Source: Octopus sinensis (taxonomy: Eukaryota). Taken from it: a stretch of 64,000 nt of DNA. Where the stretch lies: NCBI RefSeq assembly GCF_006345805.1, contig NC_043016.1, forward strand, positions 16,988,001-17,052,000, given 5' to 3'. Positions 59,791 to 64,000 of this stretch are shown here, in pieces. The translations under genes and the position numbers were made by a program. Position 1 is the stretch's first letter, and every line of letters begins with the position of its first letter. The notes under the pieces were generated by a model. It was given only the letters and a program-made list of their open reading frames with translations. It searched no databases and was not told where the DNA came from.

Positions 59791-60480
59791 TATGTGTGTG
59801 TGTATCTGTGTATATATATATACGACAGGCTTCTTTCAGTTTCCGTCTACCTTCTGGGTATTAGCGCGCGTCAACGATTTAAAAAAAATTTACCATCATT
59901 TTTTCCATTTTACTGCATTTTTTCGCTATTAAATAAAGGAAGTAACTCTCTAAAAATGTCTACGATGAGTCAACGATTTAAAAAAAAATTACCATCATTT
60001 TTTCCTCATTTTTAATACATTTTTTGCTACTTTTTGACTATAACTCTCTAGAAATGCTTATATAGTGGCTGTGTGGTAAGTAGCTTGCTAACCAGCCACA
60101 TCGTTCCGGGTTCAGTCCACTGCGTGGCACCTTGGGCAAGTGTCTTCTACTATAGCCTCGGGCCGACCAAAGCCTTGTGAGTGGATTTGGTAGACAGAAA
60201 CTGAAAGAAGCCCATCGTATATATGTATATATATTTATATGTGTGTGTGTGTGTGTGTATATTTTTGTTTGTCTGTGTTTGTCCCCCCTAGCATTGCTTG
60301 ACAACCGATGCTGGTGTGTTTATGTCCCCGTCACTTAGCGGTTCGGCAAAAAGAGACCGATAGAATAAGTACTGGGCTTACAAAGAATAAGTCCCGGGGT
60401 CGAGTTGCTCGACTAAAGGCGGTGCTCCAGCATGGCCACAGTCAACTGACTGAAACAAGTAAAAGAGTAAAGAGTTAAAG
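57620..60480. mobile_element. Cluster of SINE family A copies in alternating orientation
   Basis: Minus 57620-58430, plus 58630-59400, minus 59490-59850, plus 60065-60480, with a Helitron-2 fragment at ~59850-60065. Confidence 0.85.
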
Positions 60481-60486
60481 AGTAAT

Positions 60487-60543
<57 letters not shown>

Positions 60544-60569
60544 TATTATATATAATATATATATATATA

Positions 60570-61155
60570 TACATATATCAAATGTGAGGATAAAATTCTA
60601 AAAAAATGTTTTCTCGAAAAATATTTTATCAATGGACAGCATATTAAAATACCTTTAACGGTTAAATTTATAAACAGTTCATAAATGTGGGCAAAGCAAA
60701 AAAATTCTAATGCCAAATATGCCGAAAAATTGGACATATTGTCCATTAACCATATAATTTTTTCACAATACGCATGCTACTCGATAAAAGGTCGACAGAC
60801 ATTTCTAAAAAATTCCATTATTACCATATCGGACCGATTTCAGAGTTAGCCGCTAAGAGCCCTCTCTTCGTCAGTGATACATGTGGCAAAAGAAATAAAT
60901 GAGATACTTACTCATACCCATGGAAGAAGCAAATACTAAGTCATGGGCACAACTAATTACCCCAAATACATCCAAAATAGAAATACTCCAGCCGATTCGA
61001 GGCACGTGCGATTTGAACTGAGGCTCTCACAGAGTGAGTTAGTTAGTTCGGAAGTGAACGCTTAAATTTATAAACAATTCATATGGTTAATGGACAATAT
61101 GTCCAATTTTTCGGCATATTTGGCATTAGAATTTTTTTCCTTTGCCCTCATTTAA
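60570..61155 (-). mobile_element. Putative PLE pseudo-LTR remnant with inverted arms
   Basis: Inverted arms 60682-60755 and 61081-61154, a short direct repeat ttaaatttataaaca at 60662 and 61062, and a hammerhead motif between the arms. No coding evidence. Confidence 0.5.
60822..60879 (-). ncRNA. Type-I hammerhead ribozyme motif with intact core
   Basis: Minus strand UAUCA-CUGACGA-AGAG-(18 nt)-CUCU-GAAA-UCG-GUC-CGAU-A-UGGUA. Stems I, II and III all form, triplet AUA. Confidence 0.75.
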
Positions 61156-61189
61156 AAATTATATATATAATATATATTATATATCGAAG

Positions 61190-61915
61190 TCAAAATCGAA
61201 TTGAACCAGCCAGGATCCCTGGTCTGGTGGTACGTAAAAAGCACTATCCGACTCGTGGCCGATGCCAGCGCCGCCTCCACTGGCTTCTGTGCCGGTGGCA
61301 CGTAAAATCACCAATCTGACCGTACAACAGGCACCATGCCAACCCCTTGCTTGCTTGCGAGACATGTTGGGCCACGAAATCGAATTGAACCGCCAGGTTC
61401 CTGGTCTGGTGGTACGTAAAAAGCACTATCCGACTCGTGGCCGATGCCAGCGCCGCCTCCATTGGCTTCCGTGCCGGTGGAACGTAAAATACACCAATCT
61501 GACCGTACAACAGGCACCCATGCCAACCCCTTGCTTGCGAAGACATGTTGGGGCAAGCGAAATCGAAATCGAATTGAACCAGCCAGGATCCCTGGTCTGG
61601 TGGTACGTAAAAAGCACCATCCGACTCGTGGCCGATGCCAGCTCCGACTCGTCTGGCTTCTGTGCCGGTGGCACATAAAATACACCAATCCGACCGTGGC
61701 CGTTGCCAGCCTCGCCTGGCACCTGTGCAGGTGGTACGTAAAAAGCACCACTACACTCACGGAGTGGTTTGCGTTAGGAAGGGCATCCAGCTGTAGAAAC
61801 ACTGCCAGATAAGACTGGAGCCTGGTGCAGCAGCCTTGGGCTTCCCAGATCCCCGTCGAACCGTCCAACCCATGCTAGCATGGAGAACGGACGTTAAACG
61901 ATGATGATGATGATG

Positions 61916-61951
<36 letters not shown>

Positions 61952-61955
61952 GATA

Positions 61956-61987
<32 letters not shown>

Positions 61988-62165
61988 GTAGCACCCACTA
62001 CACTCTCGGAGTGGTTGGCGTTAGGAAGGGCACCCAGCTGTAGAAACATTGCCAGATAAGACTGGAGCCTGGTGCAGCCTTCTGGCTTCTCAGATCCCCG
62101 GTCGAACCGTCCAACCCATGCTAGCATGGAGAATGGACGTTAAACGATGATGATGATGATGATGA
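61190..62165 (+). mobile_element. SINE-like family D with higher-order internal repeats and a 3' dimer
   Basis: Three ~185-bp higher-order units containing cacgtaaaaagcac, then two cactacactc...ggacgttaaacgatgatga units. Confidence 0.83.
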
Positions 62166-63377
62166 TATATATATATAAATATATATGTGTGTGTGTGTAT
62201 ACACACACACAAAGATAAATTGATAGATACAACTGAGTGGGCAAACAAAAATATGAGACACAGCGTAGTCCTTTTTTTATGTTGATAAGCCTGGTACTTA
62301 CTCTATCAGTTTCTTCTTGTGAAACCAGTAAGTTATGGGGATGTAAATAAACGAACACCAGTTGTGAAGCAGTGATGAGGGTGAAACACAAAGACACACA
62401 CATAGACTTGCATATATACATACATATGCATACAATTGATTTCTTTCAGTTTCTGTCTACAAAATCCACTGACAAGGCTTTTGTTGGTCTGAGGCTATAG
62501 CAGAAGACACATGCCAAGTCACCACATAGTGAGACTGAACCCAGGACCATGTGTTTTGGAGCGAAGTTTCTTACCACACAGCCACACCTGCACCTATGTA
62601 TGTGTGTGTATGTGTGTATGGGTGTATATATGGATGCATATATGTGTATATATATATATATGTATATATTACATGTACATCTATATATATACATACACTT
62701 ACACATACATGTATGCATATACATGTATACATATACATCTATATATATATACATGTATATATATATATATATATATACATGCATATGCATATATATACTC
62801 CAATGCATAAATATATATATATATATGTATATAAATAATATATATATATATATATATACATCCATATGCATATATATATATATATATTATAATATATATA
62901 TATATATATAATATACATACATACATATATATGCATCTATATATATACATCTATATATATGTACAATTAAATATAAAATAATAAGGGTGAAAAATTGAAT
63001 ATTAATTTGATTAATATGAATTGAAAACACGTAGTATAGTATATAAGACCATAGCGGATCTTCTTCTAGCAAAATGGATGTTCACTGTTAATGGTTCATC
63101 CCTATTATATAATAGTTTGACTTTAATAGTTTCCCAATTAAAGTGAAAGTATCTGACATTACAATAGAGAGACGATTTCGGTTCATTTTTAACACGTAAT
63201 ACTGAAATAGTGGAGAAGATATGATATTGCTGTGGGGTTACCCTAGGGAAAAAGTTAATATTTTGCCGATGACACTCCCCGGACCCTAAGTAAGGCAAGT
63301 GTAAAATTTGAAGGGAATTGGTTGTGTAGTTCTCAAGTTTTAGGGAATCGTAGTGGAGAAGATATGATATTGCTGTG

Positions 63378-64000
63378 GGCCCAGGCCAGGAGGGGAACCA
63401 TTCCATCTATGCACACCTTCCCCTCCTGGGACACTAAACTCTGCTTTGGAAGACCTGTAGAGGCAAGTGGAATTGAGACCCTAACCTTCTGGCCCTGGCC
63501 AGGAGGGGAACCATTCCATCTATGCACACCTTCCCCTCCTGGGACACTAAACTCTGCTTTGGAAGACCTGTAAAGGCAGGTGGAATTGAGACCCTAACTT
63601 TGTGGCCCTGGCGAGAAGGGGAACCATTCCATCTATGCACTCCTTCCCCTCCTGGGACACTAAACTCTGCTTTGGAAAACCTGTAGAGGCATGTGGAATT
63701 GAGACCCTAACCTTGTGGCCCTGGCCAGGAGGGGAACCATTCCATCTATGCACACCTTCCCCTCCTGGGACACTAAACTTTGCTTTGGAAGACCTGTAGA
63801 GGGAAGTGGAATTGAGACCCTAACCTTGTGGCCCTGGCCAGGAGGGGAACCATTCCATCTATGCACACCTTCCCCTTCTGGGACACTAAACTCTGCTTTG
63901 GAAGACCTGTAGAGGCAAGTGGAATTGAGACCCTAACCTTGTGGCCCAGGCCGGGAGGGGAACCATTCCATCTATGCACACCTTCTCCGCCTGGGACACT
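63378..64000 (+). repeat. 113-bp tandem repeat, each unit with a 12-bp hairpin
   Basis: Units start at 63386, 63499, 63612, 63725, 63838 and 63951. Each carries CCAGGAGGGGAA-20 nt-TTCCCCTCCTGG. Continues off the window end. Confidence 0.92.

Overview
Eukaryotic, extremely repeat-dense DNA. The repeat families and AT-rich microsatellite style look like an octopus/coleoid cephalopod genome, which is an inference. The only host gene I can support is a kinesin-11 family KIF26-like gene on the minus strand. Six consecutive GT-AG exons (32759-32956, 31657-31815, 26618-26710, 25756-25900, 17399-17561, 12330-15921) splice in frame and encode most of the degenerate motor domain plus the long low-complexity tail. 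Its first and last exons lie outside the window. Almost everything else is intronic repeat: four tRNA-type or RTE-tailed SINE families (often in tandem arrays), CR1- and RTE-clade LINE fragments, at least three non-autonomous Helitron families, Penelope-like element (PLE) remnants, foldback elements, satellites and microsatellites. The most notable items are: (i) a ~1.16-kb telomere-type array that replaces exactly 38 nt inside a SINE, 37 nt from the giant exon's splice donor; (ii) four unrelated minimal type-I hammerhead ribozyme motifs; (iii) a 35-bp intronic hairpin whose single mismatch is an A:C in a UAG context on the sense strand; (iv) seamless head-to-tail concatemers of 167-bp mini-Helitrons; (v) recurrent multimerisation of LINE and SINE ends at identical junctions. 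Nearly all ORFs in the supplied track are repeat artefacts. No CRISPR array, rRNA or genuine tRNA gene is supported. Repeat boundaries were read by eye and are approximate.
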